IMG/VR virus record: IMGVR_UViG_3300044625_001067
Coordinates: 33,473 to 97,472 of that record
DNA from: a virus
Length of the DNA: 64,000 nucleotides
Reading direction: 5' to 3' (one strand)
Shown here: piece after piece, positions 34,623 to 43,371 of the stretch
Position numbering within the stretch: position 1 is the first letter of the stretch
How the letters are laid out: each line of letters opens with the position of its first letter
Position numbers and translations under genes: made by a program
Notes under the pieces: generated by a model
Databases searched by the model: none
What the model saw: the letters and a program-made list of their open reading frames with translations, nothing else
What the model was told of the DNA's origin: nothing

Positions 34623-35132
34623 TCATCGCACGTACCGTACGAGAGTGACGTCCGCAATATCGTGGCAAGACAGAGAGAAACTTTCAAGCATTTTTACTAT
34701 CGTGTCTTCGTTACCGCCAGCGAGACCGCACCCAATGTATGGGAATCCTACCGCAAACTTCCCGTCTAGTGGCGCAGCTATGGCGCCGCTTCTCAAAAAA
34801 GTTTGAAAACTTTTGAGAAAGTCTCGGAAAAAGTTGTACTCGAAAATGTCTTTGCCCCTTCCGTACGAGTACTGAGTATATGCGTTGACAATGTGAAAAG
34901 TATGGTTACCGCTCCCTTGAACCTGTGCCATGGTAAAACGACCGAGTTTGCCCCGGTCCCCTTCCCGAGTGGAAAGGTCAACGCTCGCTGCTTCTGGGTG
35001 CTCACGACTTATTTGCCCTGCGATGCCTGACGCCATCTTATTAAAACAATTTGCCCCGTGGACAATAATGTCAAACTGGCCCTTGCGAGCCATTGACAAC
35101 AAGTCCCCGTTGGCCCGATGAAGTGTACTCAT
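34623..35132 (-). CDS. macro domain protein (ADP-ribose binding or hydrolysing)
   Basis: FDIIVHGANCFNKMASGIAGQI matches the macro domain signature (hhVNAAN...GGGV-like). G-rich loop GCGLAGG. 169 aa. Confidence 0.7.
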   Translation of the reverse strand: MSTLHRANGDLLSMARKGQFDIIVHGANCFNKMASGIAGQISREHPEAASVDLSTREGDRGKLGRFTMAQVQGSGNHTFHIVNAYTQYSYGRGKDIFEYNFFRDFLKSFQTFLRSGAIAAPLDGKFAVGFPYIGCGLAGGNEDTIVKMLESFSLSCHDIADVTLVRYVR

Positions 35133-35351
35133 ACGGTTAATTGGGTTTCAGACCCAAAAATATAAGGTTGCAAAGTGCTACTACGGTGGTCAAAAAATTA
35201 AAGGAAGCCCACCCTAGTTTATTTTCCCTGTAACGTACGAGACCCAAAAATATGGACACCCACATTATAAACATCCAAATGAGCGCGGAGAGTAGTGGAG
35301 ACATTTTGACGAGTGATGAGTTAGCTAGAGAGGTTGGGGCAGAGTTTTGTG

Positions 35352-35654
35352 TTAATGCGGATACTTAGGTGAACCACCAAAGTCCTCATCGTCGTACTCG
35401 ACGAAAAGGTTAACTTCCCAGAAGTCAAACTCTTCCTCGATTTTCTCTTTAGCCCTGCAGTACTCAGGCTTTGTCATGCAGCCAGGATTTTGGTAAAGGA
35501 CCTTGAGTTCTTCGAGCGCACTCTGGAGATTGCGAATGTACTCGAACTGGTGTTTCCTTCGTTGGTACTGGGCTATGGTTTCTTGAGTCCCGTTAGGATA
35601 CGTGAAAGTTTCGGTGAGAGGGTTAAACGAGACTTGGTCTTCTGGATTTATCAT
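35352..35654 (-). CDS. hypothetical protein (100 aa)
   Basis: ORF 35352..35654. Confidence 0.4.
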   Translation of the reverse strand: MINPEDQVSFNPLTETFTYPNGTQETIAQYQRRKHQFEYIRNLQSALEELKVLYQNPGCMTKPEYCRAKEKIEEEFDFWEVNLFVEYDDEDFGGSPKYPH

Positions 35655-35702
35655 TCAGGGTGGTTGTATCTATGGGGAGTTGAAATGGCTCGGTTTAGGG
35701 TG

Positions 35703-35915
35703 CTAGGAAACTTTCGAGTGGTCGACGGGATAAGAAATCCAAATGTAGTTGTCAGACCCGTCTTTGTATCCTCGGGAACCGTCGCTTGCGATGTCAAACT
35801 GAACCCATGGTTTACCGGAATCCCTGCAGAAGCCCCCGTTCCAGTCTCTTCGATCGCTTATATAGCCGAATGCACCGACAGCTACACTGAACAGGGCTAT
35901 GGCAAGTAGTTCCAT
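35703..35915 (-). CDS. small secreted or membrane-anchored protein (signal-peptide-like N-terminus)
   Basis: N-terminus MELLAIALFSVAVGAFG. Confidence 0.4.
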   Translation of the reverse strand: MELLAIALFSVAVGAFGYISDRRDWNGGFCRDSGKPWVQFDIASDGSRGYKDGSDNYIWISYPVDHSKVS

Positions 35916-36028
35916 TTTTGAGATTTGCGGTTTGGACCGGGGAGTGCAACCGTAGGGTGTACTGAGCCGTATGCGAATAACGTACAGCTACAACTAAGGT
36001 TGGGTCAGGAGAGTTCGGAATAGTAGCT

Positions 36029-36301
36029 TTATTGTCGTGTGTAGTCGCCGAACGAGTCGTAATTTGCGGTTGCGTTTCGGAATCGCTCCAGGTCCCCAAC
36101 CCTTTCATCCAAGTCGGAGAGATCGCGGGAAAGTTGCTCAAATATGGAAATCCGACCGGCAACAAACCCCTTCAGGAATATTTCAAAGACGGAGCCTAGG
36201 CGGACGTCGTCTTCAGGTGTTTGACACCACAAGGTGCGAAAGGCTTCAATCGCGTCGGGAGTTGTGCCCGTAGGGTATTCGTACGGGGTTGAAGCGGACA
36301 T
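36029..36301 (-). CDS. hypothetical protein (90 aa)
   Basis: ORF with an element copy at 36333..36401 upstream. Confidence 0.4.
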   Translation of the reverse strand: MSASTPYEYPTGTTPDAIEAFRTLWCQTPEDDVRLGSVFEIFLKGFVAGRISIFEQLSRDLSDLDERVGDLERFRNATANYDSFGDYTRQ

Positions 36302-36332
36302 TTGGGTTTAGTGCGGGGTGAACTGACTAAGT

Positions 36333-36401
36333 TAGTATAGCGTTTCTGCCGAGCAAAAACAAGCCGGGAAACCGTCCCGAAGCAAAAGGGAAACCGCCCC
36401 C
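36333..36401 (-). promoter_or_regulatory. intergenic element copy (double palindrome)
   Basis: tagtatagcgtttctgccgagcaaaaacaagccgggaaaccgtccc...agggaaaccgccccc. Confidence 0.5.
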
Positions 36402-36428
36402 AACCACTTTGGCTTTCACGAGGGAACA

Positions 36429-36671
36429 CTACCCCCGGATATCCGGCCTACCGGAATTTGGACGATGAACATACAACGTGAATGCAACACCGAGGAGTCC
36501 AAGTACCACACTCGTAACGGACAGAAAAGTTACAGGGACATGAACTCCGACAACTATCGCCAAGGACGAAATTAAGCATTGTATAGCAAAGACTGCCGCC
36601 ATTGCTACGGTTGGTGTGTTATCACGGTAGTTTCGAATTACTAGATTGAAGTCACGAAAGAACTTACGCAT
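36429..36671 (-). CDS. small membrane protein, tandem paralog 1 (2 TM)
   Basis: Paralogous to 36671..36898 (NxxIRxYRxxTxTxxxAxxFAxxCLxxxxxxxxG...YxHRPN). Confidence 0.45.
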   Translation of the reverse strand: MRKFFRDFNLVIRNYRDNTPTVAMAAVFAIQCLISSLAIVVGVHVPVTFLSVTSVVLGLLGVAFTLYVHRPNSGRPDIRG

Positions 36672-36898
36672 TAGGGGTCATTGTGTATGTTGGGACGATG
36701 AATGTAACATGTAATGGCAAGGAGTGAGATACCGTATGACACTAGTAAGTGGTTCACGGGAGTTGCCAAGATCCCTAGACTTAAGGTGAAGCAGGCTACC
36801 AAACAATGAAAAGCAAATATAAGTGCTAGGGTTAGGGTAGAAGTGCCTTGTCTATAGCGGCGAATGTGCCAATTTGCGTAGCGAATTAAAGAGAGCAT
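36671..36898 (-). CDS. small membrane protein, tandem paralog 2 (2 TM)
   Basis: See 36429..36671. Confidence 0.45.
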   Translation of the reverse strand: MLSLIRYANWHIRRYRQGTSTLTLALIFAFHCLVACFTLSLGILATPVNHLLVSYGISLLAITCYIHRPNIHNDP

Positions 36899-36900
36899 TT

Positions 36901-37107
36901 TTATTTTAGATTGGATAGACTCTTGAGTATTTGGTCAATCTTTCGCTTGAGGGCGTCTTGGTCTATTTTAACCTCGCTCAGTAACCTCCCTAGATTTTCG
37001 TCGTCTAAGATAGCTTGAGCAGCTTTCTGCTCAGATTCAATTAGTGAAGTCCAAGGGACTTCTAGATTCACTTCAGCCATCACTTCTCCTTCTTTTTCAT
37101 CGACCAT
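36901..37107 (-). CDS. hypothetical protein (68 aa)
   Basis: ORF 36901..37107. Confidence 0.35.
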   Translation of the reverse strand: MVDEKEGEVMAEVNLEVPWTSLIESEQKAAQAILDDENLGRLLSEVKIDQDALKRKIDQILKSLSNLK

Positions 37108-37307
37108 TCATTACTGATGGCCTTAAAAGTGAAACCATACTCATTGGATTTGAGGACAATCTCTTCTCGCTTAACCTTGGGGTTCAGAGACGGGCCATCG
37201 GCGTAAGCTAGCAGCTCCTCTAGGGAGCCGAACCGGTCGGTCAGCACCATGGAAAGGTCCAGGACGGGTGCGTGCTCCAGGGGGGCTTTAGCGTCCCCAG
37301 GCACCAA
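37080..37307 (-). CDS. hypothetical protein (75 aa)
   Basis: ORF 37080..37307. Confidence 0.35.
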   Translation of the reverse strand: MVPGDAKAPLEHAPVLDLSMVLTDRFGSLEELLAYADGPSLNPKVKREEIVLKSNEYGFTFKAISNEWSMKKKEK

Positions 37308-37373
37308 GGGCCGTCTAGTTTTTAACTAGGCGAAGTCATTCAGGGTAAACCTTAACAAGTCGTTCTGAAACCA

Positions 37374-38507
37374 ATGAGAAATTGCTACACATACAGAGTG
37401 GGTTGGTCCCGGTTCAATAAGTACTACTACGGAGTTAGATTCGCCAAAGGATGTCACCCTGCTGACCTTTGGGTTGCCTATTTCACCAGCTCCCGGCATG
37501 TAAAAGCATTTAGAAAAGTTCACGGGGAGCCAGATATCCTAGAAGTGAGAAAAACTTTTGGAGACGAACCTAAAAAGGCAGCCGAATGGGAACAAACTGT
37601 TTTACGAAGACTAAACATAGAGTTCAACGAACTATACTTAAACAGAAGCCGAAAGAACGCTTTCGGGGCCAAGGGGGCGCCATGGAATGTGGGTAGAACC
37701 AAGGAGAATTGCCCCGTGACACATTTAACTGCGGAGAAGATTAGCAAGACTAGAAAAGGTTTTAAAGCCTCAGAAGAAACTAAGAAGAAACTGTCTATGG
37801 CTGCAAAGGGAAGAGCCGAAGAAAATTCCTGGAAGCAGCTATTAAAAAGTCCAGCAATTAGAAACAGATTTCACTCCTATAAACATTTCTTAGTTGAGAT
37901 AGAAAACCTATACGAGTCTTGTTGGGGTATCGCGGAGGTCATTTCAAAAGCCCTGGGAGTAAACGTCAGAGGCGTTGCTAAAGCCCTAGAGCGCCTAAAT
38001 CTGACTTCTTTGAACGACCAGCAGAGAACTAAAGTGTATAATAAGTACGGGAACAGGTTCTCTAGTTACAGCGACTACTGCATAAGTATCTTGGTTTTAC
38101 ATCTCAAGGGCTACACTCCCAGTCAAATTGGTAGTCAGTTGGATGTGAATGAATGCGGAGTGGGGAACCTTCTTCTCAGGGTTGATTTAACCCCAAACAA
38201 GGCCAAAACGGGACCGTCAAAGCCCGCTTTTAAGAAGGTACTGATTGCTGATGCTCTTGAAGCTAAAAGCACCACATTCACTCTTGAAGACAATCCCCTC
38301 CCGGAGAGTCTTATTGTTAAGTTGAGAGAAACCGTCTGCCATACCGAGGATCTCTTCCACACCCATATCCTTTATAGAGAAGCTTCCCAACACAGGGACG
38401 TGGCCCAAACCAAATTGATCGCAAAAGTTTTTCCTTTCCAGGGGGGTCATGTACCTCCCCATATCCGTAAGGTAGACATCAAAAACAAAGAACTTGAAGT
38501 CATTTAG
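37374..38507 (+). CDS. GIY-YIG family homing endonuclease with NUMOD-like motifs. It lies on the opposite strand to its neighbours, and the C-terminal ~95 codons run antisense over the 3' end of the RNA ligase gene.
   Basis: N-terminus CYTYRVGWSRFNKYYYGVRFAKG resembles GIY-(~10 aa)-YIG. KASEETKKKLSMAAKGR resembles the NUMOD3 motif H(S/T)EETKxKIS. Confidence 0.55.
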   Translation: MRNCYTYRVGWSRFNKYYYGVRFAKGCHPADLWVAYFTSSRHVKAFRKVHGEPDILEVRKTFGDEPKKAAEWEQTVLRRLNIEFNELYLNRSRKNAFGAKGAPWNVGRTKENCPVTHLTAEKISKTRKGFKASEETKKKLSMAAKGRAEENSWKQLLKSPAIRNRFHSYKHFLVEIENLYESCWGIAEVISKALGVNVRGVAKALERLNLTSLNDQQRTKVYNKYGNRFSSYSDYCISILVLHLKGYTPSQIGSQLDVNECGVGNLLLRVDLTPNKAKTGPSKPAFKKVLIADALEAKSTTFTLEDNPLPESLIVKLRETVCHTEDLFHTHILYREASQHRDVAQTKLIAKVFPFQGGHVPPHIRKVDIKNKELEVI

Positions 38508-39296
38508 CTTGTAGATGTTTTGCTGGATTTTTGGGCCTACAACTTCTCCCTGTACAGCCACATTGTCAAACCCTGCAGTCTTCAGTTTTTCTTCTAGATT
38601 GACTTTTCTAGCGACGGACCAATAAGTGTTATTATTATCCTCTTTTAGGTCTAAGTTACGGGAGCAAACTCCGAACTCTCCGTTGTTAAGGTACATCGTA
38701 CAAGATGTACCCTCTAGTTTCTCCGTAACTTCGTATACAACATTCTTGTATTCCCCCAGTTTGTCGTATAGAGATTGAACTCTCGGCTGATCCGTTTTGG
38801 TAATGTAGCTCGGGAAGTTTCCACGAACTTGTCCCGCAAGGCAAGCGGGGACCGGAGCTTCCCACTTCTGAATGCCAAACTCTAGAGTGAAGTCTTCGCC
38901 TTCTTCCCACACACACTCGTCAACTCGGAGAGATCCCCTCCCCCCATAAGGTTCGGCTAGCGAAACAACGTAGAAGCTTGGAGAGATGTCTGAGAAGCGA
39001 AGTAGGAGACCCTGGGAGACTTGGCCACGGAGCCGGACGGTTTTCAACCTTTCCCCCTTCACTCCATTGTACTCCCTTGGTTCCTTCCCCTTGGACAAGA
39101 ACGGGGCAAGTTCATGGGGGATCCACGAGTCAATCTCGAAATAGATTGCAAGATCACCGGCTTGGAATTCCCCTCTCTTCACGACAACGGGCCAGCCACC
39201 ACCCACGATGGCGCACTCAATTGCGTCGGCGTCCGGGATTGGGCGAATCTCCGTTACTTGTCGGACGGAGGCGAGTTTGCGTTCGATGTTTGCCAT
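38217..39296 (-). CDS. ATP-dependent RNA ligase-like nucleotidyltransferase (N-terminal beta-rich domain followed by an adenylyltransferase domain; Rnl5/DraRnl-like or Rnl2-like)
   Basis: Covalent nucleotidyltransferase motif I-like EKLEGTS (KxDG-class lysine). 359 aa. Not resolved to family by eye. Confidence 0.5.
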   Translation of the reverse strand: MANIERKLASVRQVTEIRPIPDADAIECAIVGGGWPVVVKRGEFQAGDLAIYFEIDSWIPHELAPFLSKGKEPREYNGVKGERLKTVRLRGQVSQGLLLRFSDISPSFYVVSLAEPYGGRGSLRVDECVWEEGEDFTLEFGIQKWEAPVPACLAGQVRGNFPSYITKTDQPRVQSLYDKLGEYKNVVYEVTEKLEGTSCTMYLNNGEFGVCSRNLDLKEDNNNTYWSVARKVNLEEKLKTAGFDNVAVQGEVVGPKIQQNIYKLNDFKFFVFDVYLTDMGRYMTPLERKNFCDQFGLGHVPVLGSFSIKDMGVEEILGMADGFSQLNNKTLREGIVFKSECGAFSFKSISNQYLLKSGL

Positions 39297-39526
39297 TTTG
39301 CTTAGGTTGGTTGTTGAGAAAGTGATAAATTATTTGCGGCGGAACCTTCAGTTGGTCCGGAAACCAGAGACCCAGATGTTTTTCCAAAGGTGTAGTACCA
39401 AAACCCTACATAGAGAGATACAAGCGAAAAGTCGATGATCGATGGAAGGAGCACCAGAAGCCAGGGCCAGGACATATACCCTGTGAGTTTGAGGGCTAAA
39501 AGAGAAGAGTGAAAGGTGTCGTGAAG

Positions 39527-39742
39527 TCAAATGTTGTGAAGCTTACGCGATTGCTCAGCTAGCTTTTCTCTCTCCTTAGCTAACTTAACGATCAAAGTCA
39601 TCTGAAGATTACCGCTGAACTGCGAGAACGTGAAGATTTCAATTGCAGCGTCGATTAAAAGAGCATAGGGTACTAAAATCCTCATTACCCGACAGTTTAG
39701 GTTGGGTTCCTTCACAGGGTTTCTAGTAATTTTGAATTTCAC
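39527..39742 (-). CDS. hypothetical protein (71 aa)
   Basis: ORF 39527..39742. Confidence 0.35.
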   Translation of the reverse strand: MKFKITRNPVKEPNLNCRVMRILVPYALLIDAAIEIFTFSQFSGNLQMTLIVKLAKEREKLAEQSRKLHNI

Positions 39743-40165
39743 TTAAGCTCCTCCCACTGGGTCACCGCCTTCGGCTGCCTCTCTGGCGAATAGCTCCACA
39801 GCCCTTCTTATGACGTCGGCTTTACTTATACCGTCAGCCTTTGCAAGAAGGGTCACCACGTCATAAAAGTTTTGCGATACACGCAGCTCAATGGTATGTT
39901 GAGCTCCCCCTTCGGTAGGACTTTCAGTTTGTGCAGCGCCAGCAGAATCCCACTGGGTCACCGCCTTCGGCTTCACCGCCCAATCCGCCGGATCGCACTC
40001 GGTAGCAGCCGCAAAGTCAATTTCCATGACGGAGTTCCCACGGTTGATGCGGGGCACCCCATAACGTACCTCAGACCCGCTGGGGACAGGGAGATAGTTG
40101 TCGTGAACCCATTCCCATAACTCGGGAAGGTCGATCTCGATTGTTCCTTCGGATGTGAATGCCAT
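39743..40165 (-). CDS. hypothetical protein with a C-terminal ribbon-helix-helix-like segment (KADVIRRAVELFAREAA)
   Basis: ORF 39743..40408 trimmed to MAFTSEG (40165). The N-terminal 81 codons read through the intergenic element. Confidence 0.4.
   Translation of the reverse strand: MAFTSEGTIEIDLPELWEWVHDNYLPVPSGSEVRYGVPRINRGNSVMEIDFAAATECDPADWAVKPKAVTQWDSAGAAQTESPTEGGAQHTIELRVSQNFYDVVTLLAKADGISKADVIRRAVELFAREAAEGGDPVGGA
39751..39968. repeat. 22-bp direct repeat cccactgggtcaccgccttcgg (two copies 193 bp apart) inside the 39743..40165 gene, translated in two different frames
   Basis: Copies at 39754..39775 and 39947..39968. The reverse complement encodes PKAVTQW in one copy and AEGGDPVG in the other. 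Confidence 0.6.
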
Positions 40166-40205
40166 TTTCTGGGACAAGGTGGATTGCGGGTTTTCCCGTA
40201 TAAAC

Positions 40206-40272
40206 CTACTATACCGCTTTCCTGTCGGAAAGGCAAGGGTGGGACCGCCCCATGGTAACGGGGAAACCGCCC
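40206..40272 (-). promoter_or_regulatory. intergenic element copy (double palindrome)
   Basis: tactataccgctttcctgtcggaaaggcaagggtgggaccgcccc...ggggaaaccgccc. Confidence 0.55.
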
Positions 40273-40829
40273 TAAGGCAGTACAAAGGGTGAGTCAGGGT
40301 CGTCTGTGAAAGCAGTGAAATAGGTCTCTGTGGCCGGGTTACCCAGGTTAAGGACGGGAATGTTGTGAAACCTAGCGATGCGAATCGCCTGTGAGGTTCC
40401 ACCGACATCCTTACCGTTTTTTGTCCAGCAAATTACCACGTCTGTTGGGCTCTTGCAGTCTCTCCCTAGGACTTGCATCGCGTTCCTAGCCATTAACTTT
40501 CGCCCCTTGTCATAGAGCCGAGAGGGTGCGGGATGGAACCGCTCCACGCTTTCTTGAGCTAGTTCTCGCCCTGGGCACAAAAGGTAATCAAAGTGGGATT
40601 TACCGTCGTGGTACCGTCCGTTGAATCCGTTCCACGGCAAGAATATCTCCTTTCTCCTGGAGTTTGCTTCAAAAGCCGCATCGGCGCCATCAGCACCACC
40701 CGAGCGCAGTGTGAACCCTAAACGGTCCATCTTTGCCGAAATTCGGCCCATAAGTGCCAGGATCGAACCAGGTGTCTCTTGCCTCCCAATTCCTGTGTAC
40801 ACTTTCATTGCCCCTTTAGCCTCAGTCAT
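40272..40829 (-). CDS. SLOG / DprA-LOG-like Rossmann-fold protein (predicted nucleotide-binding)
   Basis: Glycine-rich signature LRSGGADGADAAFE resembles the SGxAxGxD core of the DprA/Smf and YpsA SLOG clade. 185 aa. Confidence 0.45.
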   Translation of the reverse strand: MTEAKGAMKVYTGIGRQETPGSILALMGRISAKMDRLGFTLRSGGADGADAAFEANSRRKEIFLPWNGFNGRYHDGKSHFDYLLCPGRELAQESVERFHPAPSRLYDKGRKLMARNAMQVLGRDCKSPTDVVICWTKNGKDVGGTSQAIRIARFHNIPVLNLGNPATETYFTAFTDDPDSPFVLP

Positions 40830-40835
40830 TGTTTC

Positions 40836-41099
40836 TCATTCAGCTTTTAGATCAATTTTCATAATGTCGTACTCGTGTTCGTCAATACTATCCCACCGAC
40901 CTGTGTCGGTCCAAGTGAGAGCTGGAGCTGAGCCTGAGTTCATGAAGTACGGAAATAACTTGCCCATCCAACGCCAGGGCATTAAACTACCTGAAGAAGG
41001 CGAGATAACACCGGTACGAACTGAGCCATCGCGTAGCACAACGGTGACTTCTTTGCCGAGAAACTCTGCAAGATTAAGAATTGGTGACTCAAGATTCAT
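40836..41099 (-). CDS. hypothetical protein (87 aa)
   Basis: ORF 40836..41099. Confidence 0.4.
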   Translation of the reverse strand: MNLESPILNLAEFLGKEVTVVLRDGSVRTGVISPSSGSLMPWRWMGKLFPYFMNSGSAPALTWTDTGRWDSIDEHEYDIMKIDLKAE

Positions 41100-41314
41100 G
41101 GCAAATACTTCATCACAATGAGTCCTTCCGGTGTAAACCGGACCCGCTTGTTTTCTTGATCCAACTCAGTTAGTTCTGGATGGCTTTGCTCCACCACCAG
41201 CTTCCAAAGGAGGCTAGATACTGAGCGCCATCCGTCCCCTGAGTCCGTGCTGCGTTCAATCAGCCGTAACATGTTTCTTTGCGCATCTGTTATCGGTGGC
41301 TTGGGGTTGGTCAT
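41096..41314 (-). CDS. hypothetical protein (72 aa)
   Basis: ORF 41096..41314. Confidence 0.4.
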   Translation of the reverse strand: MTNPKPPITDAQRNMLRLIERSTDSGDGWRSVSSLLWKLVVEQSHPELTELDQENKRVRFTPEGLIVMKYLP

Positions 41315-41371
41315 GGCTTTCCTTCAGTTTAAGGGCGTGGGTCGTTGACTCGTTGAAGTTGAGTGTGAGTG

Positions 41372-41647
41372 CTACGCACGAGCAATCATACCGAAGCCAG
41401 GCTCCAGAAAACTTTCCAAGTTGCTGTCGGGATGAACCTTCTCAGCCACAAGTAAAAGAGCCCTGTGGCAGTCCTGCCTGGATCTCCGAGCCCCGAGTTT
41501 GTAAGCAGAAAGTGCGTAGGAGTGGGCCAACTGCAGAAAAGAGTCTCGCAAACCTGCGGGCATCTTCTCAACCTTGCTTCGGGTTTCTTCGGGAAGCCCC
41601 AGCCAAAGTGCTTCGAGATCGGCTTCTACTTGAGGGTGGAAGGCCAT
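41372..41647 (-). CDS. hypothetical protein, paralog of 41741..41959 (shared N-terminus M(A/T)F(H/D)PQ(V/A)EA)
   Basis: The start region and upstream element are duplicated: atggttgcgtgcgtggRctgaagtaaStataccgctttc recurs at 41646 and 41956. Confidence 0.4.
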   Translation of the reverse strand: MAFHPQVEADLEALWLGLPEETRSKVEKMPAGLRDSFLQLAHSYALSAYKLGARRSRQDCHRALLLVAEKVHPDSNLESFLEPGFGMIARA

Positions 41648-41669
41648 GGTTGCGTGCGTGGACTGAAGT

Positions 41670-41714
41670 AAGTATACCGCTTTCTCTTCGAGAAAGAAAG
41701 GGGGTAAACCGCCC
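41670..41714 (-). promoter_or_regulatory. intergenic element copy
   Basis: aagtataccgctttctcttcgagaaagaaagggggtaaaccgcccc. Confidence 0.5.
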
Positions 41715-41740
41715 CAGGGAAAGGGATCGGTGGGTGTGCC

Positions 41741-41959
41741 TCAGCACGGGCTATGCGGGGCAGAGCAGTAGGCAGCAAGATACGCTTCGATCTGCTCACT
41801 GTTCCACCTGGGGTCCGGAAACTTTGGCCAGCCGTAGGCGCAGTGTGTAGCGCCATGCTCAGCGCAATCTCGAAGTGTTTTAGTGTGAGGTGGAATAACG
41901 TAGTACTTTTCCCAACAAAGCAGCATTGAGCGTGCTTCTGCTTGAGGGTCGAAGGTCAT
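41741..41959 (-). CDS. hypothetical protein, paralog of 41372..41647
   Basis: See 41372..41647. Confidence 0.4.
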   Translation of the reverse strand: MTFDPQAEARSMLLCWEKYYVIPPHTKTLRDCAEHGATHCAYGWPKFPDPRWNSEQIEAYLAAYCSAPHSPC

Positions 41960-41980
41960 GGTTGCGTGCGTGGGCTGAAG

Positions 41981-42027
41981 TAACTATACCGCTTTCCTGC
42001 CGGGAAGGCAAGGGGGGTGAACCGCCT
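41981..42027 (-). promoter_or_regulatory. intergenic element copy
   Basis: taactataccgctttcctgccgggaaggcaaggggggtgaaccgcc. Confidence 0.5.
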
Positions 42028-42920
42028 TAGTCCAATATCTCCCTACGAACTGAGGTCTGCAGCTTACTGATTGCGGCGAGTGCGGCAGTGTGATTGTCGC
42101 GAGAGGCTTTCATGGGTGTGGCTTTCTGTACCATGACCCAAATGGCGTCTAGATCTGATAGAACCTCCGCAGCGTTTTTCAGTGCGGGTTTCGTCCTATA
42201 CTTCGCAATGTATAGTTTGATAGTATTCGTCACCCTCTTGTAAAGAGACAACTTTTCTGCTTTGCACTGGTCGAGAGTACCAATGAAAGGGGGAGACTTG
42301 GAAAAGTCCATGTCGTCAAACCCGGCGTACTTCCCGTCGATCTTTGCAAATCGAATACCGCTGTGGGACGGGATATTGTAGTCTAAGCCATGAGCTTCGC
42401 AACAAGCTTTGAAGTCTCGGAGAGAAATCGCATTGCGGTCTAAGGTGTATAGGTGTGCCTTGGTTGCGCATTGCGGAGAGTTCCACATAGACTGAATGTC
42501 TGGGTCGCCGGAGTTGGTACGAACCTCCACCACCTCAAGTTTGACGGGATCCTTTTCCGTGCGAGACTCGCCGAACACCGGCTCCCACGTTTTGAGAAAA
42601 CGCTTGTAGGCGAATTCGTCGTCGAGATTCTCAAAGATGTAGCAGCTTGAGTACCCCTCTTCCGGGGTGCCTTTTGAAGCGAGATCGCTTTTCTGTTCCA
42701 TGTACGACTCGACTGACAAAGTGCTACCAGTCTCGTTCTCATAATGCGTAACTGCGGGTTGAAACACGCGAACACGTAGGATGGTCGTAGGGTCCGACAC
42801 AACGAAAGTGTTTGCCGTTACAGGGATTCCATCCACCTCAAGGCTGGCGGATGTGTGGCTTCTTTGAACAAGGTAGCTCCCCTCGTTCACAAGATGAGTG
42901 GCCTTCAGAGTGATTGACAC
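42027..42920 (-). CDS. hypothetical protein (297 aa)
   Basis: ORF with an element copy at 42951..42997 upstream. Confidence 0.5.
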   Translation of the reverse strand: MSITLKATHLVNEGSYLVQRSHTSASLEVDGIPVTANTFVVSDPTTILRVRVFQPAVTHYENETGSTLSVESYMEQKSDLASKGTPEEGYSSCYIFENLDDEFAYKRFLKTWEPVFGESRTEKDPVKLEVVEVRTNSGDPDIQSMWNSPQCATKAHLYTLDRNAISLRDFKACCEAHGLDYNIPSHSGIRFAKIDGKYAGFDDMDFSKSPPFIGTLDQCKAEKLSLYKRVTNTIKLYIAKYRTKPALKNAAEVLSDLDAIWVMVQKATPMKASRDNHTAALAAISKLQTSVRREILD

Positions 42921-42950
42921 TTTGGTAGGTTTCAGGTGTTTTGAACTAGT

Positions 42951-42997
42951 TTAGTTTACCGCTTTCCTCCCGGAAAGGCAAGGGGGAAAACCGCCCT
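42951..42997 (-). promoter_or_regulatory. intergenic element copy
   Basis: tagtttaccgctttcctcccggaaaggcaagggggaaaaccgccc. Confidence 0.5.
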
Positions 42998-43152
42998 GCC
43001 TCTACGCTACGGAGAGACGACCGATAAAACCTTGATAAGGGAGTGCCCGTCGATTTCAGGTTGATAGTTTTCACCAGTCTGCGGCAGCAGGGATCGCTTC
43101 TTCGACGGGGAGGTAAATTGTGTCGAATTTTCATGTGATTAACTGGGGGAAA

Positions 43153-43371
43153 TCAACCAAATAGATAAAGCACCGAAAGTAGCACGACGGGGACAAACCC
43201 TAATGAGACTTGTATTTCAATTGGCGTAACCTCTTCGGGGGAACCTCGCTCTTTGTCAAGTTTACGAATGAGTTTCTCATTCGGGGTTAGCCTCTGCCCG
43301 TCTTTCAACCCCACCCACCTCGACCCCTTTGGGTGACGGTGTTTTCGGCTTAAGGGGTAGTTTCGTTGCAT
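43153..43371 (-). CDS. small protein with a C-terminal TM helix
   Basis: C-terminus VSLGFVPVVLLSVLYLFG. Confidence 0.35.
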   Translation of the reverse strand: MQRNYPLSRKHRHPKGSRWVGLKDGQRLTPNEKLIRKLDKERGSPEEVTPIEIQVSLGFVPVVLLSVLYLFG

